Assembly (NCBI GenBank): GCA_973851085.1
Contig: OZ316775.1
Location: 5,518,001-5,582,000, forward strand
Length of the DNA stretch: 64,000 bases
Direction: 5' to 3'
DNA from: Ptychomitrium polyphyllum
Taxonomy: Eukaryota
Shown here: piece by piece, positions 51,078-64,000 of the stretch
Layout of the letters: each line of letters starts with the position of its first letter
Numbering within the stretch: the first letter of the stretch is position 1
Notes under the pieces: model-generated
Told to the model about the DNA's origin: nothing
The model's input: only the letters and a program-made list of their open reading frames with translations
Databases searched by the model: none
Program-made: the position numbers and the translations under genes

Positions 51078-51713
51078 ATGACTTCGGTTACGAAGACAGA
51101 GAAAGCGCATCAGAAGTACAGGGCGGGGCAGTATGCCGAGGCGTTGGAATTGTACACTGAGGCTTTGAATGCAGCGACGCAGCTCAATCATCGGATTGCG
51201 CTTCACAGCAACCGCGCAGCGTGTCATCTCAAGCTTCAGCAGTACAAGCTCGCAGCGGAGGAGTGCAGCGCTGTGTTGGAGCTCGATGCGAAGCACGCGG
51301 GCGCGCTTATGCTGCGCGCGCAGACCTTGGTGGCCATGAAAGATTATCATTCTGCTTTGTTCGACGTCAACCGCTTGCTGGAAGCGAATCCCAGTTCTGA
51401 AGTGTACCGCAACTTGCAGGCGCGGCTGAAAACGCAGATGGCCTTAGCGCCTATTCCGGAAGCGGAGAATGAAACACCCCCGGATTCGCCCACTCGCCAG
51501 CAAATGCAACGCAAGTTGCCTGCTCTGGCCGAGCCTCCCAAGCCGGCCGGTTGGGCCGCAATTCCGAAGCCCAAGGGCCACTTGGGGGTGGATTATTCCC
51601 GGTGGAGCGGCCTGGGCGACGACATCAGCAGCGACGACGAGGAAGTAGAGGAGGAGCCCCAATACCAGTACCGGCTCACCAATGTGGGCCTCAGCAATTT
51701 CCGAGTTGTGTAA
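51078..51713 (+). CDS. TPR-repeat protein (co-chaperone-type TPR with acidic C-terminus), intronless, 211 aa
   Basis: EKAHQKYRAGQYAEALELYTEAL..ALHSNRAACHLKLQQY..ALMLRAQTLV..FDVNRLLEANP; conserved-looking tail GWAAIPKPKGHLGVDYSRW..DDISSDDEE..PQYQYR. First in-frame ATG is at 51078. Confidence 0.9.
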   Translation: MTSVTKTEKAHQKYRAGQYAEALELYTEALNAATQLNHRIALHSNRAACHLKLQQYKLAAEECSAVLELDAKHAGALMLRAQTLVAMKDYHSALFDVNRLLEANPSSEVYRNLQARLKTQMALAPIPEAENETPPDSPTRQQMQRKLPALAEPPKPAGWAAIPKPKGHLGVDYSRWSGLGDDISSDDEEVEEEPQYQYRLTNVGLSNFRVV

Positions 51714-54700
51714 CATATACTAGCTTCCAGTTAAGTTTCTTGAGCTTGCTTGTCCCAGAGTCACGTCAGGAGTATTGTTGCTTCTTCAACCATTGTATAA
51801 ATATGAGAATCACATGTCAACCTGAACTTGAAAACAGACGTTTTGAGCGAGTGAATGCCGAGGATGCAGAAAGTATGTTGCTTTGTACATATTCGCAACA
51901 TTCTGTTATGTCATTTCGTGTAGTAAATGTTGTCGTTGAAAAGGCAGGTTTAGTCTTTATGATTGTCATCGGCTGCTGGTATTTTGGAACCATTCTTGTG
52001 GTAGTTGCAGGTCGGAATTTGAATTAATTTCTAAGAAAGTTGTTTATATTGTAACGGTCTTGTGTAAATTAGAGTATATGCTCAATTGCATCTACAGAGG
52101 AAGTTCTTTCACGCTGTTTGCATCGCAAGGGATGATACTAAGTGAAGAAGGCGATGCCTAAATTGTTGGACCCAAGGATTACCTTGTTCAAAATTAAGTT
52201 ATAATGAGAATAGACTGTCACAATATCAAGTTTATGAGTCGTCCTTTTGGTTTGTGGCTTTTACTGTTGCCTATTGCAGTGATTTCTGGTTTGTCTTGAG
52301 TATTGTTTCCCAACGTGTCTGCATTGTTACAGTGGTCATGGACCTGCATACTGCCGGTAACAAGTGCACTGGTGTAATCATTTACCGGCACGATGACAGC
52401 CTGGCTATGAACAGATGTGTACTTTTTTGTGAATTTAATGTGTAAAATAGTACCTCCTCATTTAAGACTACAGGTTGCAGCGTGCAGCTCAAGCTGTTAG
52501 CATTCCGTCCAAAGCTTCAACTCTTCAATAATTTGGGACCATTTCTTTAATGAGTCTTGTTGATTTTGTTAATAAGTATTTTGGCTTACAAATTTCGAAC
52601 TCTGGATTCTAAGCTTTTCCAAGAGTTTGTTAATTTCCTAATCTTGGTAAAGAAAGGATTGTTCTAGGATTGTAGTAAGGTAGGTGTTCCTTGTTAGCAT
52701 AGCTTGGTGGAGCAAAAAGAACCACTCGAAAATGCACATTAAATTAAATAGACTCCTTGCACATTAAATATACTCTTTGATGTAGGTCATGAAGTTTGTA
52801 TGAAGTTTGATTACTTTCAAATTTGTATAAAATATAAAATATGAGGTACATTTAGAGGCAATTGAATACTTGTGAAATTTACTCTAATAGTTCAAGATTG
52901 AGTTAACAATCTAAATGAAAATTATTAAAAATATATTAGAATAGTATTGCAATCTTATATTGAAAGGTTTTATAAAATATACATCAAACTTAAGACATTA
53001 AAAATTCTAATCAATATATCAAAAAAAGATTATAGATTGCATAAATAACCAAAGATGATAGTTCTATAATTTTTTAGTTATTCTTTCATTTAAACCCATT
53101 GATACTTTGATATCTTGTTTTTGTAATTCAAACAAATAAGCTCATCACAAATTATTCACGCATATATCCACATAGCATTCTAAAAGTAGTATTTTTGCCA
53201 AAATTATTTTTAAATTAAAATTGAAACTTATTAAATTTATTCAATGTGATTAAAAACTTATTTAATAGGGATCAAAATCTTGTACAAAGCCATGTTTATT
53301 TTTTATAGATGGAAGGGCAAATTGACACTTATATTTGTAAGCTATATGTAATTTTTATTAGATTGTCCTTTATGTTTCCAAAGCCTTCATCTTTGTTCAC
53401 ATAGGTATTGCATATCAGTTGACATGGATAAGGAAACTTTTATTTAATCATATATAAAGTTGATAACGCATTCACCTTTATGAAATTGACAATAATTGTA
53501 TTCATGAAAACATCATATTTATACGTAACATTTTTTTCTTATTTTTAAATAATGAATCATTATTATACTCTTAGACCTTTTTTTAAAAACAATTTTCAAA
53601 TTGACCTTTCTTGGTATTTGTGTAAACACTGTACATAACATTTTCATATATTATGTATCTTTCTTACAAATATTGTACAAAAAATTGTACAAACAAATAG
53701 TTTTGTCTAAAAAGATAGTTGAACAATCCTATTTGAAGCTTACACATGACCATCAATGTCAAGGGATTGTATGTAACATTAAAAATATGTGTATAACTCC
53801 ATAACAAAGAATGAAATATTGTTCTTCTGTAGTAATTTTTTGTTGTAACAAAAAAGGCACATTTACAATTGTTCAAGAATGTTATGCTCATGTTGGCAAT
53901 TGCCACAGTTACTAAAACTTATGCACCTTACAAGCAGATGGATCACACAATAAATATGATGCATGTGAAATATCAAAAGCTATATCAATTGGTTGCATTA
54001 TTTAGAAAAGTGTGTCTATTCCTGTATCCATGGCACTTGCAAAAAACTGTAGGCCCTGTAACTTTCTTAACATTCCTTAACCTTATTTGAATCTTAATAA
54101 TATATCACATATATTAACGTAGTTGTGGCAATGCATGTGCATTTTAGGTGATGTACAAGTAACCAAATGGATGGAAAGATTACTTGATCTAAATAAAATC
54201 AGTGACGCAAAATTTAGGGCTTCATTATATTTTTTAGGCCCAATAATGGTAATGTACAAAATTTGGGTCACTAACTCTACCATTGAAATTCGGTAATTTT
54301 TCATCTATTTGGCACTTTATTTTTCATTGAACAATCTACATTCAGCAAAATAAAAATTTCTAAATGATTGAATTGATTAAGAATTCATCCATCTACTATA
54401 AATAAGAAGCGGCTAGTCTATCACCATTTATACTATTGGAAAATTATTAACCAAAAAATTTGAGATTACCAAAAATATTTATTTGAGGCTTATCAATAAT
54501 GTTTCATGGTTTATTTGATTAATCATTAATAAAACATTAAGTGAGTATTTCAATATAACATATGGAGATCAAGAGAGTCAAAATTCTTCAATCAATCATT
54601 TGTTTATTATTAATGTTGTTTTTAAACATGCTTTCAAAAAACTCAATGCACTTTTTTACAACTCCACATTGAAATTACACTATGAGGATTTAAAAAATGA

Positions 54701-55833
54701 TAAAGAACTTTAAATGAGCCTTATTAATTTCCTTTAGTCTCTTGACCATATGACCATGATATCCAAAATTTGAAGTTATAAGTATATTATAATGGGGTGA
54801 ATCTCCAAGAATTTGGAGACCCAAAAGTCACTAAAATGTCCAAATTTATTGAAAATCTTACTCTTGTATTATTTTAATTGATATTAAAATAATTCTCCAT
54901 TTTTTCTTCAAATGCTAAACTTTACTAAATACAATATATAATAGAATGTCTACCTTAGATGCTCCATTATAGTAAGTGATAGTGCAAAGTTTTAGTGAGA
55001 ACCAAAGAATGTCGTGACTTAGAAAATATTTGTCACAATGTTTTTCTTTTTCACAACTTTTGATCCATAAAATAGACACAACCTTCCCATTCCTTGATTT
55101 TTCCCATGACTGATGTAGATAAAAGAATCAGTATGTCAACCATGTGGCATGCTTTGATCTGAAAGGCAATGGGGTTGTGTGGCCATGGGTACAGCTACCT
55201 TAGTAGAAACTGCCCATACAGGGTAGCAAAACAAACTTCAATTCAATGCAGTAGTAGAAGATACACTGGGTCAGTGCCACGCTTGGAAGCCTCACTACAA
55301 ATTCTTTCCTCACACATGATATTTCTGATTTTTAGTTATCAGCTAGCATTGTGGAAATAGATGACTTGGTCACTACTGTCCCATGCATGGTCCTAAAACT
55401 GTTGTCAAACCTGTCCTACAAATATGCATTTGTACAATCTCAAATCACCAGCATATGTGCTTGATACTGTTGTAAGTACATGCTATCATGACAGGATACT
55501 GTAACCTGACCCATGAGCATTTCACACACTTGACAAAGGACACACAAACTTTTAGTGAATTCTGACTTAAACCATGATATAACCTAAACAAAACAGCAGT
55601 CTAGACAGTATCTGGAATCTCTAAGATGCAAATCAAGTCCTTTGACATCAAAGTAGTACCCTACCTTTTGAGGCAAGTCTGGGGACAACAAAGGTATTGA
55701 TCATATAATGCAATGTGCATCACGCTGGCATCAACCTAATTGGAAAATCATTCATCAAAATTGTTTTGAAGATGTTTGACTAGTACTTGTCTTTGTTACT
55801 AACTTCTACTGATTCAACTAATGATTCATTAAA

Positions 55834-58800
55834 TCAGTTCTTGCTCACCTTTGGCCCTCCATGCCTGACCATGTCCTGCAGCAGCCCTTCCCTAGCCCCA
55901 GTTTCACTCTCCAAGCCTGCTTGCCCATGGAAGTTCTCACTAGGAACAGTAGAACTCAACCCTCCTACTGCAGGTCCAGCTGATCTAATATTATGTTGAT
56001 GTTGCTGGTGCATTGTGGGCGCTGCAGTCCTTTGCTGGCCGCCTCTGGTTTGGTTACTACGACCTGGCTGTGGTTGATCTGAACCTGCACCACCTTGAGC
56101 CTGGTCATTAAAATTTGGGTGTCCAGAGGAGCTACTTACTAGTGTTTCCAAGCTTTGATCGATTCGACTACTGCTACCTCGTACTCCAGGTTGTAACTCA
56201 TGTCTACCTTGTTGCCCCCTGTTATCAGAACTAATATTTGAACTAGAAGCTGGAACTGAAATGTTTAGACCCCCTGACGGCTGCAATTGGGGGAAATTCA
56301 ACCCTGTAAACAATGGAGAGGCCCCTGATCTCTGCGATGCGTGATCTGATAAGGATCTGTTTAACAACTGGGAAGGAGACATTCCAGGAAGAGATGGCAA
56401 GGAGGGGTTCCTGGACATGTAATCCTGAGCAGTGAACTGATATGGCTCCTGCTTCACAGATCCAAAAGGACCAGGACCGTCCTGTAAGCCGAGGAACTGT
56501 TGGGCTCGGAAGAGGCTCTCTTGCTGGAAGCCCAGCTGCTGCCTGAGCTGTTGTTGTTGCTGGCTGGAGCTACCTGGAAGTAAGTTCTGATTGGGATTCT
56601 GATTGGGCTGCAGGCCTCGGATGTTGCGAAGGGCCGTGGCTTGTTGCAAGGAAGCCAGGTCGAAGCCGGGAGGTAGAGGGAGGAGGGTGGAGCTGGGGCC
56701 TAGAGGGCTCTGGAAGAGGCCGCCCCCCATGCCCATGGGGCGGTCACCGAAGTAGCCACCGGAGGAGCGGTGGAAGCCTGGCGTTTGGTGCGTGTGGGTG
56801 CCTTCGTAGGTGGTGATCACCAAGCCTGAGTCCTCGTTGGACCTCTCCACTCTCTTCCTCACTGGACACAATGGTGTTGTGCACCTGTAGTAGTTTCTGC
56901 AGACATACACCATGACCACCAAAAAGTAGGTTGACTGTGCAGTGGCGACTGGCCGTTGGCTTACATTTTTTTTTAATAATTGCTTTCCTGATTACCGACA
57001 TCAATAAATATTTGGCCGACCAAACAGTTCAAGGAGAGGTCGTAAACAATAGCAGAAAGATCGTGACCACTGGCCTGCACAACCACTTCCTACGTGAAAC
57101 TTCAACGTCAATTTATGTGGAGTTATAAGTACTCATGTCTTCAGAAAGAGAATAATAAAGTAGACATATTTAGGGGCATGAGGAGACAGTAAGAAAAGCT
57201 GAGGTAAGATATGATCAGCGCAGCTCGTAAGTAATTCTTTCAGTCTAAAGCATAAAGTTGGACAAGCACTAACTCGTATGCGTGCAAAATCATGTAATTG
57301 TATCCTGAACTCAAAAATCTAGATACCCCAAGTGCTTTGATCAGAGTCCTGGAAAACGGTCTGATAGGATCTGATAGGAATTGTAGAAAAACTTATTAGT
57401 GGATATCTTATTAGTGGTGTATTCCCACAATACAACACAATCAAAGTTGGCAAAGGACTAAAGTCAGGGAGATATCAAGTGTAGCAGAGCCTACCTGGGA
57501 TGAGGGCTATTCTTCACGGCTTTTTGACCATACTTTCGCCACTTGAAACCATCATCGAGAACGTCCACGTCAGTTCTAGTTTTGATGGCGTACCTGGGTT
57601 CCCTTAACCTCTTTGCGCCCCCTCGTTTCCTCGGCTTATTTCTGTCAACAGTTCGCAACACTAACGTTTTCAGTACTCTCCATAGTATCAACATCCAGAA
57701 AACGCATACTTCTTGTTCGAGCATTACTTCGAGTCTAGTTGCAAACACTTTAGAGGCACACAATGTTAGCTTAAAGAAATTAAGTGAGGATCACATGAAT
57801 CGATTTTTGAAGACCATAAGCGAGTCACATACAGTTACAAGTCCAGATCACACATCATTTGTGCACAAGCGTATGCATAACGAAACTCTTCTTTTTATCA
57901 AAATGCGTCTTTTTCAGCTGCCAGCCTTCATAATAATGATCACTTCCTGCAACTCAGACTAAGAAAAGCAGGGATAATCACCATGAACGCCCTTCTCACA
58001 TTTTCGAATCCTATTCAGCTGGATAACCGAGCGCCTATCAACACTAGAAGGAAAAAAACCATTCCCTTGCATAACAAACGCCGATACGAGAATAAGGTGG
58101 TGAGGAAGATCAATGACATCCTCTGATCTTTTGAAATTAAAAGAAAAACCAGTATGATCTTGCACAACAATGTCAAGTTCCCCAGCGTCATGGTAGGGGT
58201 GTTTCTGCAAGTACTTGAAAATTTCCTGAGTTACTCTAGGCCGGATGTTATCCATCACTGGGCTCACACGTCATACATATTCAAAAAATACAGATGCGCA
58301 CGCATTTACAATCTCTCATATATTTTTGAAACGAATCAATCCTCTCACTATCTAACAATGTGCACGTAGTGTCAGGACTACGGTATTTTCATTATAAAAC
58401 ATTAACCAAGAGAAGCATCTCAGTTAGAAGGACTTTAAAAAAATTAAATGAAAGCAAGTCTTTCGATTAATCAATTATTAGGATATTAGAAGTACACGTT
58501 GTGCACTGCTAATGCCGTAGACCAGGTCCTTTTCCCTAGCTGGCTGATCACGTAATCTGTGTTATAGCAGTCTAACCGCACACATCAATGACCAGCTAGA
58601 CCATTGAAAGTCATCATGACTTGGACACTCCAAGGTACGTCAGCCGAATTAGACTGGGACAAAAGAGGTCACTTACACATTAACTTGTAACAAAACTTAC
58701 AACATATTTGTAGAACTCTCCAGTTGTTCGAAACTGCCTATCCCTAGGCAAAAGAAAAAAAGAGCAAATATACGCCTAAAAATCCGTGTAACCAAGACTA

Positions 58801-60627
58801 CGTTTCCACCTCAGATCACATTGACCTCCAAATTCTCAAGTGCTGATCAGGTCAAGTTTAGGTGAGAGCATAACCAGAACACATCTGTGCAACTGCGTAC
58901 CTTTCAGTATAGAAATTAAATTGAATGAATTATTAGGAGCATTGTCCCTCAATATCTGTAAGACAACTGCATTCGTGCATCAACACTGGACGTAAAGATC
59001 AGACTCCCTGAACGCGATCGATGGACGCTTCGAAAGTAGTTACTACAGTCTACACGTCAGTAGTACATGTATGGTCAATTCACGAACCGTGGTTGAACGT
59101 TACCAAGAGGATGAACCTAGGTAACAGAAACAGAAGAAGGCAAACGACTAATTCGCAGATAGAATCCTCAGTAATTTTGGTAGACTTGCCACAGAATCAC
59201 ATGCAAAGTATGCCCCAGTGATATAAGTGTAGATCTTCAGGTGCAGATCCACTCGCTGATGACATAGGGGATGAAAGATGGATACCCCTGACAGAAAAGA
59301 CGACATAACTTCTTCAGCATGGATTTAAGTCAGTTCATGAGAAGAAGTTAAAACGGTACTTATGAAGATTCTGATAATTAACTATCCGAACCTCATCCGA
59401 ATTAGTGAATTAAGATTATCCGATCGAACTGGGGCTCTACACGAATAGACAGCTTGCAACTTGCATGTAACGCCATCGAGCAAGCATGAGGTTCTGAAAA
59501 TTTGTGCTCAGTCGGAACGTCATCCCTTCGTTTGATTACATTGCAATGCAAACAATCAATCACCCTTCATAAGTTCCTCGACATCGAACCATGCTCATTG
59601 CTCTGGCGTTACGCAGCAATGCTGCTTCAACGGGAGACTGAAATACGTAGAGAAGATTGAATACTTACTTCGGTTGATCCGACTTCTTCAGCTCCTGCGT
59701 CTCGCCAGCTCCCCCACCCTCTGCTTCTGGTTTCTTCCGCTTCCCACTGCTAGCGCCCTCCGTCGCTTCTTTCTTAACTTCACTCTCGTCCTCATCACCA
59801 GCATTACTCGTGGACTCCGACGACAGCGAAGTGTTGGATGTCCCTGCAGACGTCGTCACCGAGCCAGCTCCTGCCCCGACTGCGGTAGCGTCAGAGAGCA
59901 GGGGTGACGTCGGAGGCCTGTAATTCATTTGCTTCGAGACAACCGGAGTACTGGCTCCTGCAAGTTGTGATGTCTGAGTCGACCCGGGTTCACCGAACCG
60001 TGGGACTGGTCCTGCATCCAATTTGGAACTACTACTCCCATGGCCACCTGCTTGAATACTACCACTACTGCCCCCTCTTGTCTTGGTGTGGCTTGAAGCT
60101 GGTTCATCCTTGAATGGACCACCTTGAGAAGACGACGGGCTGCCACCCGAAGAAGGTCCGAGAACCTGGGCAGGCTCTTCTGTTGTGTATGAACTGTATA
60201 ATCTCTGAGCAGAATCATGGGCGTCTGGGTCACCTGGTACCAATCTCTGCTGCTGGTCGAATTCTTCTAAAAGCCATGGAAATTCCGCGAGTGGGTTGCC
60301 AAGGAGGCTGTAGGGTGATGGAGCCGATGAGCGGTACATGAGGCTCTGAAGTGCCGCCTGAGTTTGAAGATCTGGGTTAAGAGGCGAACCAGGTTGCACG
60401 GTCGACATGAAGTTCCACGGATTGGCGCTGGTGGTTAGGGATGAATACTCCGAGGAGGGCGAGGGTGCTGCCATGGTGGTGCCGGAGGTGGAACTAGGCG
60501 ACACCGCGGCCTCCTGATCGGTTTGATCCAACCGCCTCAGAAACTGGTCCAGGAAGCTCTCTTGGCGGCTGGTCTCACCTTCTTGGCCAGGTTCTTCCTC
60601 ATTCGCAGCCCCGGCCTTCTCAGCCAT
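55834..60627 (-). CDS. WRKY: WRKY transcription factor, group IIc-like; exons 60627-59669, 57641-57495, 56896-55834
   Basis: [65 protein letters not shown]: single WRKY domain with C-X4-C-X23-H-X-H finger and the R-type intron after PR. Q/S-rich flanks. Confidence 0.94.
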
Positions 60628-63600
60628 GGCCACAAAATGATCACACCTCAGGAGGGATCCGTCACCACTCCACCACAACCCTGAGAAATCTTCTCTAATA
60701 CCATCTCCGTTGAGGCCATTGGGTTTAATAAAAGTGAAATCTTGAGACTGTTCTCCAACTTTCCAATACAGAAAATTAAAAATAAAAACTACTCGCTCTA
60801 GAAAAGTTAGACTGAAAGGAGAGGGAGCTTTTGCGGTGCCGGTGGGCTTGAGGTGGAGTGGGAACGTTTGACTGGAGAGGGAGGAGTGACAAGGAGAGAG
60901 AGTACTACTGTATTACGATGGAAGTGATAGTACTACATTGGAATACAGACGGACTGAGAGGCTAGAGACAGGCCGAGATCCCTTGCCCTTGCTCCTGCTC
61001 GAGTGTGTTGACCCACTGTGACAATAACAACCCCTTGTGATCCGGACACTTGAAGGCGCCTCTGGAACGTGGGAAGAAAACTCACACAGAGTTGCCAGGG
61101 CTGAAACTTGAAAGTACTACCTAATTAGTAACTTAACACTAGAGATTCACTGGAACGCACTGGAACGCACGCTTGCCTCTCCACAGCGCTAGTAGTCATT
61201 CTTTCTGTTGAGCTGGCGGGAGGAAATGCCCAACTGCAACGTCGACAATCATAAATGTTCCACTTTGACACTACCAGTGGTCCACTGCTACATGATCCGT
61301 GAAAGTTTGGAGGACTTGGAGAATGGCAACCGTTGCACGGGGTGACTAAACAGCTCATGACATTGCGGAGAGATTAATAATAATTCCTGTGTATCCACCT
61401 GAAACCCTATGATAAGGGGTACTCACTGCGATTGATCAACTCAAGGTCCAAGGACACACCCTGCTTCTATTGAAGGAGTGTAATTTCTGGAATGATACAC
61501 GATCCTTCTGACGGTTCAAAAGCACCGAAAAGCCATTCTTTCCTTGAAAATCTCTAGATAGGGAAAGTTTTAATCAAAACATCTAAGTGTACTACTGCTC
61601 ACCCAACAATATCAGCCCACTTGTGCATGCTCGAATGATCCACTTCTGCTACGTGCTCTGTCTCAACTTAGCCTTTTCGAAAGAAAATTATCGATCGCCG
61701 CCTAGAAACCAAATTCCATCCATTTGTATCAGTCACTTGCAAAACAAACATTGGACAGACAATACAAATTCACGCCTACTTGATCACATCAACGGGAACT
61801 AAACGCAATATCGGCTCTTCTCACGGTCGACCTGCATGCAGCTTCTGTAGAGAGTAGTACTCATCTGCCTCGTTCATTCGCTGAAAAAGGAGAAAGAATT
61901 CTGAGCCCTGGCTCTTGTGACCTTAGCGTTCTTTTCCGGCACTCACTACTCTCGACCGCCTTCCATCCAGGTTTCTGAAAACCATTTAAAAATCAATAAA
62001 TTCAATCTAGCGCTGTTCCTTACCCTTCCGTCTAGGAAACTAGCACGCACAATGGCCAACTCTCGAGATCGGATAATCCTTAGTGCAGGTTATGGCTCCA
62101 GTACAAGTAGGTCGAATGAAAGGGAAAACCAAAACAAGCTCCGCTACCCTGGGCAGGCAGGCCCGCCGCTATAATGACGATACTTCCCCTAGAGTACTTT
62201 GACTTAGGAGGTGCACACTGCACTTGTTATGAACGAGAGTCCAGGCTCTTAATGATCGTTGCACTTTACATGATTTAATGAAGAGCAGCATACTCAGAAG
62301 TTAGGGCTAACTTAGTTTAGTGTTCACTCAATATTCAGAAAGTGTGGTCATGAAGATAACTTGTGATACCATCTGAACTGGACCATAAAACATCAACAAT
62401 CAATATTGATGGACTAAGTTCGTACTCTTGGACCATGACGAACTAGCATGAAACATTTTTAGACTGTCGTAAGCAGTATGAATTTGTCTAGGTGTACATG
62501 AACAAGTCTGAAGTAAGCTGGTGAAGGTCACGGTCCTAGTTTGGGGAAGTCTTGAATCTTCATGTGGTCCTGACGGAAAGAAGGGTCAAGCGAAACAAGG
62601 AAGTTTCTTCTTTCCCTTAGCCTTGGAGTCTTGCCTCCACACAAAATCTGACACCAGATATTGTCAAAGCTTGGTGAATATGGTTGTTGAGATTGTAGAC
62701 ACCTACTTTACTTAGTGCAGCCTCAGGCTCCATTCAAGCCAACGTACTAGCGCCCCACATAAGTTACTACCTTCTTCTGATGCACGCAGCTTCTCTTCAA
62801 CTTCTTCTCAGTTTCCAGGTTCGGTTCCAGAAGCAATCATCCGACCAGTCACTGGTCAGGAATTTACTCACTTGGGTTAATTAATTTCTAACTACCATAA
62901 CGTTCTTTAGTCGGATCACTCTGGCCCACTCTACGCTATACCAGTCTACAGTGAGCATATAGACAAAATACTCTGCTGCACACAATGGTTAGCAAAGTTT
63001 AGCTCTTGGAAAATTGAACCGCTGTTCTAGTACTGTTGATCATGGTGCAATGTCAACTAAACAGAAGTTAAATTTTCAGCAGGGCTACAGCAGGCTACAG
63101 ACGTAAGTTTTCTTACTAGCTTTTCTCTTTCGTATATCCCCTTTGTTTTTTCTTCTTTGACGAGGACCAATCTACCTACTGCAGAAGTATTGGCCTACAA
63201 GGATAGCTGTGCAGGCGACCGTAGTTGTGACCGCCGCACTTGACCATGTCTACACTGGACCGACGAATTGTGGCAGAGCCCATACAGTAGAAGCACCAAT
63301 TCTACAATTAAGACTTTCTCCTCCACCAGGACTTTGACATCCTTGGCACCCACAGCCCTAAACTCATCACAGGGTGGCCATGCCCGCATCGGCTTTGGAC
63401 AGTATAAGTCTAGTTTTACTGTTTGACTTGAATCTGCACTCATGGTTGGATCCTTTTCCACTTCCACCGAATTTGTTCGGACCCTGGGGCGTGCCTGGAC
63501 TATCTCAAGCTGGCTCCAGAAAATTGATTTCATCATTGAGTCAATTCGTCCATATGTCGTACATAGTACAAAATATTCCTACAAAACAAATTCGGTCGTC

Positions 63601-64000
63601 GATTAGCCTAGTGCAACTCAAACAAATTATACATTATATTCTCTGTCAGCCAGCTACTCGCCAGCTACTGGAGTACTTTTAGCGAGCCCCCTAAGCCACA
63701 GTGATTTGTGAGATGTGCACAACTAAGGTATTCAGTGTTACACTGTTTGATGGTATTAGCACAACTAGCACATGCTTTCAGAGATTATTACTGGAATGTT
63801 CACACTTTGCCACAGCAGATTAGTCTCTTCAGTCGGAGAAACCGCCAGCTTCGCCGCGGAGGTGCATCATGAAACGGGATTAGTGGAATTCAGTGTCAAG
63901 TACTAATGCAGATTGATCAAGCTCCTAATCAGTTGCAAATATTCCTCATCTGGAATGTCCTATTAACTATTGGAGCAGAACTGTACCGTCTACTTCAGAG

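Noticed and set aside
62345..62386. TGGTC-ATGAAGA...CTGA-..GACCA resembling a box C/D snoRNA
   Set aside because: Only ~40 nt, imperfect box C, and no recognisable guide.

Overview
Eukaryotic, spliced, land-plant nuclear DNA. Gene content and TE types suggest a moss (Funariaceae/Physcomitrium-like), which is an inference. Left to right: the 5' part of ELP1 (-) head-to-head with intronless CHLM (+); a U2 snRNA gene (+); 9-exon APE1/slr0575 (-); AT-rich decayed DNA interrupted by a nested, chimeric chromodomain Ty3/Gypsy complex (13055-20911, TSD ATCCA); plastid-type GrpE (-); a full-length but disabled Ty1/Copia (25460-31075, TSD TTACT, half-tRNA-type PBS); a 14-exon alpha/beta hydrolase (+); an intronless NAD(P)-binding atypical SDR (+); a ~4.6 kb phase-perfect 14-bp polypurine tandem array directly upstream of a TPR gene (+); and a group IIc WRKY gene (-). 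The most notable signals are the 14-bp array, a putative Tf1-like self-priming site and an extra 3' ORF in the Gypsy family, and a U2 copy with non-consensus bases. All coordinates and splice sites were read by eye and no database search was run.
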